43,994 nucleotides of DNA from Octopus bimaculoides. Taxonomy: Eukaryota. The notes under the pieces are model-generated. The model saw nothing but the letters and a program-made list of their open reading frames with translations. It did not search any database and had not been told where the DNA came from. The translations under genes were made by a program, and so were the position numbers. The stretch's first letter is position 1. Each line of letters opens with the position of its first letter. Of this stretch, positions 25,786-37,863 are shown piece after piece. The stretch covers positions 136,384,983 through 136,428,976 of the forward strand of contig NC_068981.1 of the NCBI RefSeq assembly GCF_001194135.2, read 5' to 3'.

Positions 25786-26030
25786 CATTTTAATGTTCAC
25801 TTTTTCTATGCTTGCATTGGTCAGACAGTTTGAGATATATTATCTACAACTGGATGCCCCTCCTGTCACCAACCACCTGTTTTTGTAGTATTGTAATGGT
25901 CCCCCATGGCCAGACATATGTCTGCAGAATATTTTAAAAGAATGGCACTGTTTATGACAATGATACTTATCTACAACTCACATGTAATGTAAAGACAACG
26001 AGAGACACACACACACACGTATATACGACT
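25780..26030 (-). mobile_element. SINE family C 3' body (reverse)
   Basis: Reverse similarity to 36770-36990 (GGATGCCCCTCCTGTCACCAAC, CCATGGCCAGACAT). Confidence 0.72.
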
Positions 26031-26289
26031 GTTATTTGAGGTAGCTTTTCAGCATTCATTAATAACTTCTGAAATGTTAGTGGCAACATTATGTTCAATA
26101 TGAAAGTATCAAACAAATTTTAATGGGGGGGGGGGTCCTACATCACTAAATACATGATAGAAATGGCTATATGAATAATCTGCCTAGTCTGTTTCAGTGA
26201 TACTTCAGTTGAAATGAAGTCTTGCTGCCAGGTTTATAGACTTTGCTTTTGGTCTCAGTCCTGGGATGAAATATGTTTCTAATTTAGAC

Positions 26290-26465
26290 ATTAGGCCATG
26301 AGGAGAGGGAACTTAGTTAGTATCATCAACTTCAGTTCTAAACTGGTATTTTATCAACCTCAAAGGGATGGAAGGTAAAGCCGATTCCAGTGGAATTTGA
26401 ACTCAGAATGCGAAGAACTAGAAGAAACATAGTAAAGCATTTGTTCCACTGATCTAATGCTTCTT
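26290..26465 (-). mobile_element. SINE family B
   Basis: ACTGGTATTTTATCAACCTCAAAGGGATGGAAGGTAAAG...GGAATTTGAACTCAGAA...AAGCATTTG. Confidence 0.78.
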
Positions 26466-26469
26466 CCAA

Positions 26470-26838
26470 AGGTATGGCTCTGTGGTTAAGAAGCTTTCTT
26501 TGTAACCATGTGATTTGGGGTTCAGTCCCACTGCACAGCATCTTGAGTACGTATCTTCTACTATAACTCTCTGGGTTGACCAATGCCATATGAAAGAATT
26601 TGCTTGACAGAAACTGAGGAAGCATGTCAGATGTATGTTTATGTTTGTCCCTCCTCTATCACTTGAGAACTGGTGTTGGTTTATTTACATCCCTGTGACT
26701 TAACAGCTTGGCAAAAGAGACCAATAGGATAAGTACCAGACTTCAAAAAGAAAAAGTACTGGAGTTGATTTGTTTGACCCTTCAGGGCAGTGCCCCAACA
26801 TGGCCACAGTCCAACGACTGAAACAAGATAAAAGATAT
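26470..26838 (+). mobile_element. SINE family A (full length)
   Basis: Colinear similarity to 8284-8655; directly abuts a family B copy on the opposite strand. Confidence 0.87.
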
Positions 26839-26914
26839 ATGATGGACTCTTTTGTCGAAGACCACATATGATCATTCGGCATTTTCTGAATAACCTGCAC
26901 AAATGATTAGTTTA

Positions 26915-27095
26915 TAGTGATCAAATGATTGTGACACACATTAGCTCACTCCTTCCATCAAATCGATGTTGTCTGAACAGGTGTACCACATGTCGGGTGT
27001 TGAAGTGGTTGCTGAGCAACATGAGATGAAGTGTTTTGCTCAAGAACACAACGCACCACTCGGTCTAAGAAGTGAAACCATGATCTTGTGATGTA
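26915..27095 (-). mobile_element. Family D-like SINE head (reverse)
   Basis: Reverse complement CACAAGATCATGGTTTC...GGTGCGTTGTGTTCTTGAGCAAAACACTT. Confidence 0.6.
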
Positions 27096-27165
27096 TAATG
27101 TATCTTTGAATTGTAAACCTTTTTGTGAACATGTTTTGTATTCTTGTTCTTTCTTATTCTTTCAG

Positions 27166-27286
27166 TGAACTTGAAGAACTAAAAACAAGTTATGACCTCA
27201 TCACAGATATATCCGAACGCAGTGGTTATCCAGTCTTCAGAGATCTCAATACATCCTTAAAATGTTTAAATCGAATGCTAAAACAG
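27166..27286 (+). CDS. raw: Raw-like coding exon
   Basis: ttctttcttattctttCAG acceptor, CAG|GTTAGT donor. 121 nt, phase 2 to 0, (S)ELEELKTSYDLITDISERSGYPVFRDLNTSLKCLNRMLKQ, similar to Raw E..(D/E)L.....L.D..ER.G.PVF....AL.C. Confidence 0.9.
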
Positions 27287-27538
27287 GTTAGTTAAAGATC
27301 AATATTATATATATGACTCATATGCCAGTTTTTTTTTTTTATTTTCTTATTTTGCTTTGATGGGGTGGGTTGGATAGATATGTAAGTTGCTTTTAAGAAT
27401 CTTACTGTATTTGCCAATCCTTATATCTGATTCCACATCTATAAATTCATTTTCCTCTACTATCAAACAATATCAAGTTAAATATTGTTGATAGTGACTA
27501 GCTCCAAGTTGGCCCTGATCTAGTGAACCTACAATTAA

Positions 27539-27756
27539 CCCATTAGTGCCCATGGTCCTTTTTTTAGGACCAGAAGGATAATCCATCATATTTCTGCAAC
27601 ACCTATATTTTTATGAGATATCTTTAGTTAGTCATCAAGACTGGAGTGTCTTTCAAATATTGTAATAAAAATTTGTTCATATATTTAGTATTGGATAAAG
27701 TTGCATAAAAAAGGATTTTTGGTAATAAATAAAAAAAAAATTGAGGCACTAATGGG
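27539..27756. mobile_element. piggyBac-type MITE (218 bp)
   Basis: Perfect 12-bp TIR CCCATTAGTGCC with TTAA at 27535-27538 and 27757-27760. Confidence 0.88.
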
Positions 27757-29363
27757 TTAAGAGCATTCTAGCCTTGTTATCCTGTCCTTTTCTCAAAACA
27801 GTTGGGTGTGGTTTTGGTGGTTGTTTTGGGCAGATCAAGTGACAACAAAGAGGAACTTTCATTAGCTTATCAGTTTATATGGCTTTATTGTGTATTTGTA
27901 AGTGATCTATATATATATATATTTGTGCATTTGTGTGTATTAACTCCTCCACCTGGTACCATTTGTCCCTTTAACAGAAATCTCATCTGTTGGCAGCATT
28001 TAGGCCAAGTTTTCAGTTTAAGGAAACCTTCCTCCTTCCCACAAGTTTGAGGCCTGTAATGCACCCTAGGTACTGCCTTCCCTTCTAACATATCCTTTTC
28101 TCATCATATTTAAGCCCTTGTTAGCTTTCACCCCGAAACTTGTACATCCTTTAAACTGCCAATTCTTTTCTCAAGTTTTTGCAGCACATGTTGTTTCATC
28201 ATTTAATATGTTGTTTTTCTGTGTTGACAGAAGTTGAGAGGGTTTACCATTTAGCAAATCATAAGTCCTCATGATGCTGTGTCATCTATGAAGGAACTTG
28301 ATGCCTTGAAATCTGACCACACTGCCCCTTCCTATATTTGACATATAGTGGAGACTCCGCTAGTGCCAGTGGCACAATAATATGCACCCACATCCATATT
28401 GTTAAGTGGTTGCTATCCAACTGTAAGAACCATGAAGCTCACTCTCCCAAAACGACATCACACAACAACAAAGATTGTCAGTTTAGTTTTGTATATATAA
28501 TGTTGTACATACATACATACATACANNNNNNNNNNTACAGCTGGATGCCCTTCCTAATGCCAACCACTTCGAGAGTGTAGTGGGTTCTTTTATGCGCCAC
28601 CGGCATGATATATATATATGAATGATGTCGCCCCAACTTAGAATAATGCCACCCTGCTGGCTAGGCCTGCAACATAGGCCAGTAATGTATAACATCCAAT
28701 AGTCTGAATAATACTGTGATAAGACATTGTGCTAGAATAAGTCTGTCTAACCAATGCCAGCCTGGGAAAATGGTCATAAAACTATGAAGAATGATATTCC
28801 TGTTGTGATCATGCTTTTCAGGAGGTATGTAGGTCTAATTGATATCCTTCCTTAAGACAAGAGGATGTGATTTGAGGAAGATTGGCTGCTTTATCTTGTA
28901 GGTCAAGCAGCCATGTTGAGGCTTCGTCTTAGTTTTTAAAATCTATCTTGCATAGATACAGCTGCTTTATGGAATGGGGGAGGGAGGTATAATAGTTGAT
29001 TTCTACCTTTTTTTTTTGTGAGCATATTAAAGTACAACATAGAAATAAAGTATAGTAATTGTCATTCTGTTTTAATTTCACAGCCACACAAAATATATTT
29101 ATTACACCAGAGTCAATTCATGTTGATTATATTAATAGAGAATGTGAGGTTAAAGAAATTCTTCTCTAACAATACATGGAATCTTCATTTTCACATGACT
29201 CCACTGTGTTCATAAACAAATATGCTAAAATTGCAATAATTTTCTGAATTCTTAGAAAGATTTTATTTTTGTTATGTAAAACAGGATTTTCTTCTTTTCA
29301 TTGAATCTTACCTTAAAATCTTTATCCATGTATAACCTTTACGAACTATTTGTTTTGATTTGG

Positions 29364-29396
<33 letters not shown>

Positions 29397-29860
29397 AATA
29401 GAAATTTTAAATATTTAGCAATCTAATAAGTGTGGCTTTATGTCATTAAATCTTAACTATATTTAATTTAAAAAAAGTTAATTACAATTATGCAAAGATT
29501 GTGTTTGCTTTTCTAGATTTTCCAGAAATAGTATCCGTGTAATTAATTGTAGATTAAAGACTGAATTGATTTTATTTTAATAACAAGAATTTAAATAAAG
29601 TTCAAATTAAATATTTTTGTATTTAGTTAAACGATGATGATGATGTATTTGATTCCAATTTGTTATATGACTTAAAAGCTTTCCTTCAAATGTGACATTT
29701 CCTGTAACCTCAAATTATTTAATTACTGTTAAGTTCTTTAACATTGGCATTCATTAAATGTTGAAATTGTTGGAACTATTGTCTTAAGATTAAGCTATTC
29801 TTTACATTTACCTATTTCTTCTTTCGAGTCTTGGTGTATTATTATATATGAAATATTTAC

Positions 29861-30502
29861 CTTGCTCTGTGGTTAAACTTGCTTCTCAACCCATGGTTTC
29901 AGGCTCAGTCTCCCCATGCATCACCTTGGGCAAGTGGCTTCTACCATAGCCCTCTGCCAACTGAAGTCTTGGTAGATGGAACTTGAAAGAAACGAATCTG
30001 TTACGTGTATACAATGTGTGTGAATATATACACAATACGTCGTATGTGTGTGTGTATGTATGTATATATATATGTGTGTGTGTATGTATGTGTGTGTGTA
30101 TATGTTTGTGTGTGTGTGTGTGTATGTATGTGTGTGTGTATGTGTGTGTGTGTGTGTGTGTACAAATATATACATATATATGCCTTCTAACACTTGGGCT
30201 GGTGGCACATTAGAAAATCATTCAAGCGAGATCGTTGCCAGTGCCACTGGACTGGCTCCTGTGCAAGTGACATGTAAAAAACACATTTTTGAGAGTGGCC
30301 ATTGTCAGTACCATGTGACTGACCCTCGTGCTGGTGGCACGTAAAAGCACCCACTACACTTTCGGAGTGGTTGGCATTAGGAAGGGCATCCAGCTGTAGA
30401 AACTCTGCCAGATCAGATTGGAGCCCGGTGCAGCCATCTGGCTTGCCAGTCCTCAGTCAAATCGCCCAACCCATGCTAGCATGGAAAGCGGACGTTAAAC
30501 GA
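29861..30502 (+). mobile_element. SINE with family A head and RTE-type bipartite 3' body
   Basis: A-type head (29861-29990), long (TG/TA)n tract, about 68-bp internal repeats, TTGGCATTAGGAAGGGCATCCAGCTGTAG module and tail CCAACCCATGCTAGCATGGAAAGCGGACGTTAAACG. Confidence 0.82.
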
Positions 30503-30705
30503 AAGATGTGTGAAATGAGAGATTTTTTATTTAAATGCTGAGGATATTTAGATGTAAATCAATGCCTGAATAATATATTTGTTTAACCCATGCTAGCAAG
30601 GAAAAACAGATGTAAAACAAATGAATAAACATTTTCTGTAAAATTTAGTGTTTTAGGTTAATTCGGCTCAAATATTGTATCGACTTGGTTTCTTTTAAAC
30701 AGTGT

Positions 30706-31024
30706 GTTGCAGGTAATGGCTGTGTAGAAATTGGTTTGATTTGTGACCATGTGGTTTTGAGTTCCATCTCATTGTACAGCACCTTGCACAAGTTTCTTCT
30801 GTAACCTTAGGCAGAACTGGTAGACAGCAGTTTGTGTTTATGTATTAAGTGCAGGCATGGCTATGTGGTTGAGATGCTTCCAGCTAACAAATTTAATCTC
30901 AAGACATTGATTGACCTAGGGCCATTATAGAAGACACTTGCCCAAAGTTCCACATTGTGGGACTGAAACCAAAACCATGTGGTTGCATAGTGAGCTTCTT
31001 TATTACACGACTATGCCTGTACCT
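30706..31024. mobile_element. Cluster of A-type SINE heads: + 30706-30830, + 30848-30882, - 30878-31024
   Basis: Each carries the GCAGG(C/T)ATGGCT(A/G)TGTG or GGTT(T/C)CAGTCCC / CACCTTG motifs of family A. Confidence 0.7.
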
Positions 31025-31138
31025 ACATGATGTTGACATTCCCATGCCAGGAATTGAACCCAGGCCACCTGTCTTAATGAATTAGAATTTTTTAAAAGTG
31101 ATCTTGTGATCAATATAGCGCCACAACATTGAATGCCA

Positions 31139-31693
31139 CTCTCTCTCTTTCTCCCTCCCTCTCTCTCTTTCTCCCTCCCTCTCTCTCTTTCTCCCTCCCT
31201 CTCTCTCTTTCTCCCTCCCTCTCTCTCTTTCTCCCTCCCTCTCNNNNNNNNNNNNNNNNNNNNNNNNNNNNNNNNNNNNNNNNNNNNNNNNNNNNNNNNN
31301 NNNNNNNNNNNNNNNNNNNNNNNNNNNNNNNNNNNNNNNNNNNNNNNNNNNNNNNNNNNNNNNNNNNNNNNNNNNNNNNNNNNNNNNNNNNNNNNNNNNN
31401 NNNNNNNNNNNNNNNNNNNNNNNNNNNNNNNNNNNNNNNNNNNNNNNNNNNNNNNNNNNNNNNNNNNNNNNNNNNNNNNNNNNNNNNNNNNNNNNNNNNN
31501 NNNNNNNNTCTCCCTCGTTCTCTCTCTCTTTCTCCTCTCTCTCTCTTTCTCCTCTCTCTCTCTCTTTCTCCTCTCCCTCTCTCTCATCCTTCCCTCTCTC
31601 TCATCCTTCCCTCTCTCTCTTCCTTCCCTCTCTCTCTTCCTTCCCTCTCTCTCTTCCTTCCTTCTCTCTCTCTTTCTCCCTCCCTCTCTCTTT
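31139..31693. repeat. Polypyrimidine minisatellite (CTCTCTCTTTCTCCCTCC)n and CT-rich repeats spanning a gap
   Basis: 18-bp unit repeated about 6 times before the N-run 31244-31508. Confidence 0.9.
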
Positions 31694-32571
31694 CTCTCTC
31701 TTCATTGTCCAGCAATGTTAAAGCAATAGGTAGTCGGATGCATCATTCTGTTGATGCCAGTTATAACTGTCATCCATTTCGGAGATTTGTGGAATATTTT
31801 ATTGATTGTTTAATGTTAAAGGTATTTTATAAATGTCACTAAAGCGATATTGGTTTTAAATATTGTCAATTCCACTGTTGCAAATCAACTTTCTTGAAGG
31901 CTATTTAGTTTGCATGACTTCCTCATGATTTTCATAGCATGACAGCCAACTGGAAATTTTCTGTTAAATATCTGATGTATATCGGTCTTAGTCTGTGGTC
32001 AATCAATTCAGTCTTGCTTTGAATGTGTCAATTTTAGATTCTCTGTTAGAGGGAGATTTATCTTCAGGCTTTTTGCTTTTCTTTCTGTTTTTCTTTTCCC
32101 TCCCCCATTAACATGGAGACGTAGTGATCGAAATATATGGATATTAGATATAAGCAAGATAAAAGAATTCTGTGAAGGCCTGCCCTAAGAATTTAGTATG
32201 TGGATTTTATGTCTGCTTAAATTTGTACTAAGATTGCATGAGATAAAATGACAGAGCTTATGTTTAAAAGAATAAGTAACTTTGGCAACAACAATGCTTA
32301 AGGATTTCGCAATAACTAATATTATGGTTTCCCTAACCATGTTTATGGCAATGAAGATAAATCCCAAGAGTTTTGCATTTTGGAATAAATCTTTTAAGAT
32401 TTATTTTTAAACAATAGTAATTATTGCAATGTTTACCATGAGGTGAGTTCAATAGCTGATATACTTTGGACATAAAAGGCTATAAAATTGATCACACCAT
32501 AATGTAATGAATCGTAGTGAATTCTATTAGAATGGCATTGATTAGTGAGAACTGTGATTGTCATTATTTGT

Positions 32572-32990
<419 letters not shown>

Positions 32991-33508
32991 TCAATATTGT
33001 TTGGTCATTTGGTACAGTCTCACATCACAGCTTTCATGTTATGGAAGCAGATGACATTTGCAACTTATCTTAGAAATGTAATACTGCTAATAGAGATCAT
33101 GACTTTAGTTCAGGCAACACTTTTATCTACTTAGATGCTTTTGCTATTGCAAACATTGCAAAGTTCTGTGCGAGTTACATAATGGAGGAGGAGGAGGAGG
33201 AGAAAGAGATTTTGTATTTAGTCCATATCAGTTTCAGTATCATCTATTACTTTTTAATTATTGTTCTTTTTCTTTATAGTTAGACATGAAACCTAATTTT
33301 TCTGAGTCTTGAAAGATTAACCCAGTATTTATTTTTTTTCTGGTAGCTTAGTGAAGAGAAGTGTAGGCCTATGGAGTTTTGCAGGCTCTCATTGGCTGGT
33401 AAGGTCATTGTAGTTAATGTCCAATTCCATCATCAATTAGTCAGAGGTAGGATTTTGTTAATCCTGATGAAAAAAAAAATGTTCAATCCATGACCAGCCT
33501 CTCTTTAA

Positions 33509-33960
33509 CCCTCTGTGTTTCACTGGGGTCTGGCTTACCCCTAAGTGATGTTTCTTTACAAATATCTTACATGAAATGATTATCCTACCATGTAATTTCT
33601 TGCCTATGGCCACCGGGTTGATACATCAGGTTGCTCTGTCTGCTGCTGACAAAGAGAGGGAGTATATGTACAGTTATTGCATCTCAGTGTTGTGAACCCT
33701 TCTGCATCTTTCCTGTAGGTAATTTTTCTAAAGCATATATTTCCTTTATTATCTTATGTGTGTGTCCTTAGGTTCAGTTGTGGCATACACAACATAATAT
33801 ACGTTTGTGTTCTTGTTTTTATAATACATAATTATGACTTTGCTGAGAACTTTCACTGCAGTGTTTTGGAGGTAATTCCTCCAAAGATGCACATTGTGCC
33901 CCAGATCAGAGGAACAAAGGGCAAAGAATAACTATCAGTGTTTGAAACCCATCTGCTTGG
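33509..33960 (-). mobile_element. Possible piggyBac end with decayed transposase C-terminal cysteine-rich region
   Basis: TTAA-CCCTCTGTG..CACTGGGGTC end at 33505; minus-strand peptides KRILCCVCH and TTLRCNNCTYTPSLCQ resemble the piggyBac Cys-rich tail. No partner TIR found. Confidence 0.35.
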
Positions 33961-34214
33961 ATCATTTATTCATGGTTTATGTTCACTGCTATGGTGAGGG
34001 TGATGATGAAAATGCAAACTTTTCATTTCTTTTCAATTGCCCTGTATATGAAATTTTCTTTCTGTAAAATTAAAATGTTTTTAAGAAACAAATTGTACAA
34101 AATTTCTTGATAAATAATTGTAAAACTAAAAAATAAAATAAAATACCTGGAGTAAATCACACCCCACTGCACTTATGGCAATTTTAATATCCTACTGCAC
34201 TAACAGAAAGTTAA

Positions 34215-34439
34215 GCCTTCAGCATTTAAACTGGCCAAATCTGGTCCAAAATATTCTACAGGTTTTATATTGAAACTGGTCAGATCCAGTTTCCCACACA
34301 CCTGCCCTACAATGTCATTATGATAATAAAAAGAAAAAAAAGACAATGACATCATAGAAATATCAATGCTATGATTGATGATTAATTCTAAACAATATGA
34401 ATAAATATTATTTGACAGAGTAACCTGTATGCAAAATTG
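34215..34439. mobile_element. piggyBac-type MITE, uninterrupted copy
   Basis: TTAA at 34211-34214 and 34440-34443; colinear (reverse) with 8206-8283 plus 8662-8782. Confidence 0.8.
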
Positions 34440-34664
34440 TTAAGGCATAAAGAATCCATGACTATTTGGTTTTGGATGTTTCTTTATATCTACTTATTTA
34501 CTTTAAGATCTGTTAGTCCTTCAGCTGCTGATAGTTTCAGTGTTTTCGTTTTGACATTGTATGTCTTGGGTATTTTTTTAACCTGGGGGAGCCCAGCTTT
34601 CAAAAAGCCTGATCGCAGTTTTCTTGAAAAGAATGGTTAATAAGAGAAATGGACAGACAGGCTC

Positions 34665-34770
34665 TAGTACAAGAATGGTATTTCACTGACCTCAAAAAAG
34701 ATAAGACAAAGTTGACCTCAGCAGTTTATAACCTCAAAGCTGGAATGAAAACTTCATGCTGATACCTAAG
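34665..34770 (-). mobile_element. Eroded family B SINE fragment
   Basis: TGGTATTTCACTGACCTCAAAAAAGATAAGACAAAGTTGACCTCAGCAG resembles the family B core. Confidence 0.55.
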
Positions 34771-35449
34771 ATGGCAGATATGAAGTAAGATGTTGGAATG
34801 TGAATTGAGAGAGAGACTTAGCTGCTTTTTCTTTTTTTTTTTTTTTTTTCGTGGGTCAAGCAATAATATAAAATCTGTCTTTTCAGTTTGGGTTGTTTAT
34901 TACAAGCTTTTCAACAAGGTCTTGAGTTTGGTTGATGTTTATTCTCTTGCACACTTTCCATTAACTTGTAGGCAAGGTCTTATAGAATAAAACTGTCCTT
35001 ACACCTAAACACAAAGTCCTCAATGCATCAAATTAATGCAGTATTGTTTGTTCCTTTTGCCTCGGCTACATATTTGTGCATCGAGTGAAAGTTGTTCTCA
35101 CTCATAGCTTGAGCAATGAATGAAGAAATATTTGATAGTAACAACCATAGAAAAAGGAAGAATAAAACTGAGCTTGTACAATGATTGTACAATGCTGCAT
35201 ATTAAGATATCATGCAGAACTGTCAGTATGTAAATTCGCTGCAGAGAAAGTAAGTACCCACATTGAAACCATCTGTTGTATATAAATTCATACTTTTGTA
35301 TATATATCGAACAGTTACATAAGGCCATTTAGAATATTAGCTAGCTATATCTATTACTTGACCAATATTCTTTGCACATACAATCAATATTGACTTTCTA
35401 TAATGGTTCTTACACTTTTTTTCCAAATGGAATGTTCTCATATAAGCCT

Positions 35450-36080
35450 GTGTGTATCTGTGTCTATCTGTCTGTGTGAGCCTGTATGTGTGTGCACCTG
35501 TGTGTGTGTGTGTCTGTCTGTGTGTGTGTGTGTCTGTCTGTGTGTGTGTGTGTGTGTGTGTGTCTGTCTGCTTGTGTGTGTGTGTGTGTGTGTCTGTCTG
35601 CTTGTGTGTGTGTNNNNNNNNNNNNNNNNNNNNNNNNNNNNNNNNNNNNNNNNNNNNNNNNNNNNNNNNNNNNNNNNNNNNNNNNNNNNNNNNNNNNNNN
35701 NNNNNNNNNNNNNNNNNNNNNNNNNNNNNNNNNNNNNNNNNNNNNNNNNNNNNNNNNNNNNNNNNNNNNNNNNNNNNNNNNNNNNNNNNNNNNNNNNNNN
35801 NNNNNNNNNNNNNNNNNNNNNNNNNNNNNNNNNNNNNNNNNNNNNNNNNNNNNNNNNNNNNNNNNNNNNNNNNNNNNNNNNNNNNNNNNNNNNNNNNNNN
35901 NNNNNNNNNNNNNNNNNNNNNNNNNNNNNNNNNNNNNNNNNNNNNNNNNNNNNNNNNNNNNNNTGTCTGTGTGTGTGTGTGTCTGTCTGTCTGTCTGCCT
36001 GTGTGTGTGTGTGTCTGTCTGTCTGCCTGTGTGTGTCTGTCTGTCTGTGTGTGTGTGTGTGTGTGTTTGTGTGTGTGTCT
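35450..36080. repeat. (TG)n/(TCTG)n compound microsatellite spanning a gap
   Basis: Directly visible on both sides of the N-run 35614-35963. Confidence 0.92.
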
Positions 36081-36714
36081 GCATGTAACTGAAGTCAGGT
36101 GTGACTCCACTGCCCTATTCTTTGCATGCATTGCTACACTGAGTTTCCATTTTGATAGAAAAGTGAATTCAGCTGATGTTGTTGAATTTCCATCATACAT
36201 GACTCAAATTTAAATGTATGGGATAACTTTTCTTTTTTCTTTGTTTTTAATTTTTTTTATCACCATATCAGTAACAACAATGGTTTCTCTTCTATTAATG
36301 ATACACATTGTTGTAGGATTCTTGGAAAAGTTGCTGTTCTCTCTACTGAGGTTGTTGGCTGCCATAGCAACACATTTGTCACTGTTAAGTACTTTATTGT
36401 ATCAACAAAATAAAGCCCCTACCTGTTGTTTATATAATTGTAAATGGGATTATTTATTTATTTACAATAATTTTTTCCTTTTTTTTTACTTTTTTATCCC
36501 TTCATTTCCTCTCTCCTACCCCTATATTAGCACTCTTATGGTGTTTTTGTGTGTCGAAAAAGTTGATTCCCATTCTAACATGCAATTTATCATGTATTTA
36601 GGTTTTACTTATAAATGGCTCAGTTCACAGCATACTGTTCATTCTCATTCTGCTTCATATGCTTCTTGAGTAAGCGACACCTTTTTAGTTTAATTTTTTT
36701 TTTTTGTGTGTGTG

Positions 36715-36990
36715 TATGGGCTGTCATTAAGAAGCTTACTTCCCAGTCATATGGTCTTGAGTTCAGTCTTGACATTACTTGATGGTTGTAAATGAGCCTC
36801 ACTGTCATACAAGCGGGTGTTAATTTCTATTCTTCTATGGGAAAACATGTCTGGTTATGATGAATTATTACCTTACTTTGAAACAGATGGGGGTTGGTAA
36901 CAGGAAGGGCATCTGGCTGTAGAAAATCTGCCTCAGCAAATTCCATCTGGCCCTTGTAAACATTAGAAAAGTGGATGCTAAACAATGATT
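36715..36990 (+). mobile_element. SINE family C (A-type head, different body, RTE-type tail)
   Basis: A-type head, then body CTTGACATTAC...GAAAACATGTCTGG...GGTAACAGGAAGGGCATCTGGCTGTAGAAAATCTGCC and an RTE-like tail. Confidence 0.75.
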
Positions 36991-37764
36991 CATGTTGCTG
37001 CTTCATACAAATGAAGTGAGTTCTTTGTTGTTTAACTCCTAATTCAGCCCTGATCAAAGACATTCCAGGTGTGACCATCTCCTTCCACCACCTTTGTATA
37101 AACTTTTATTTTCAAGAATGTAGAATCAAATTTGATGGAGATTTGGTTACATTTCTAGCAGATAGAGCAGCTGTGTAGATTAGCTCTTTTTTTTCCCCAT
37201 TTTTTCTCTCAAATAGTAAAGTCTGCCTCGTTGCTGTGTAGCACTAAATTTCTTATCCATATATCATGTAATGCAAATTATCTGTCCTCGATCTGGAAGA
37301 TACTATCTGAGTGTTATTCAGTATCTATGCATAGTAGCAGCAAATATTCCTTCAACACCATTACGTAAATTAAGTTAGAAATATTCTAAATGTTATCTAG
37401 GCTATAGACATGTGCTTTGCATAATGATGTCGTTGGTACAATGCTAAGTGCTCACTCAGTATTACTGAAATCCTTTGGACATCCATTACCTCTACTATAT
37501 TCTATTCTGTTAAAAAGAATATATTTGCTGTTATTGATTTTGTAAATCAAAACAAATATTAATGAAGATTTAGTTCTAATGTGCTAGGAAAGTGCAATTA
37601 TGATGCTTGCCTGTTTAAGATTGTCGTTAATATCTCTAATTGTGTAGATGTTCATCTGCCTCTCTGCTTTCTTTCATTTGTTAGTCACAGTTCTCGACAG
37701 CTAATTTTGAAATTTCATTAAAGCTGCAATACTTTGAATTATTTCTTTTCTTTCTTTCTTACAG

Positions 37765-37847
37765 CATATTAAAGTACAACAATTATCCTCAAACGATGGT
37801 GCAAGGCCAGTAAAACATGGACATCTACGGCTAGGGCATTCTCTACA
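37765..37847 (+). CDS. raw: Raw-like coding exon
   Basis: tttcttttctttctttcttaCAG acceptor, CA|GTAAGC donor. 83 nt, phase 0 to 2, HIKVQQLSSNDGARPVKHGHLRLGHSL(Q); DGA.PV..GH resembles the Raw inter-domain linker. Confidence 0.87.
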
Positions 37848-37863
37848 GTAAGCTTCTTTCCTT

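Noticed and set aside
36214-36669. 151-aa hydrophobic ORF resembling a membrane protein
   Set aside because: T-rich low-complexity intronic sequence with no motif or splice support.
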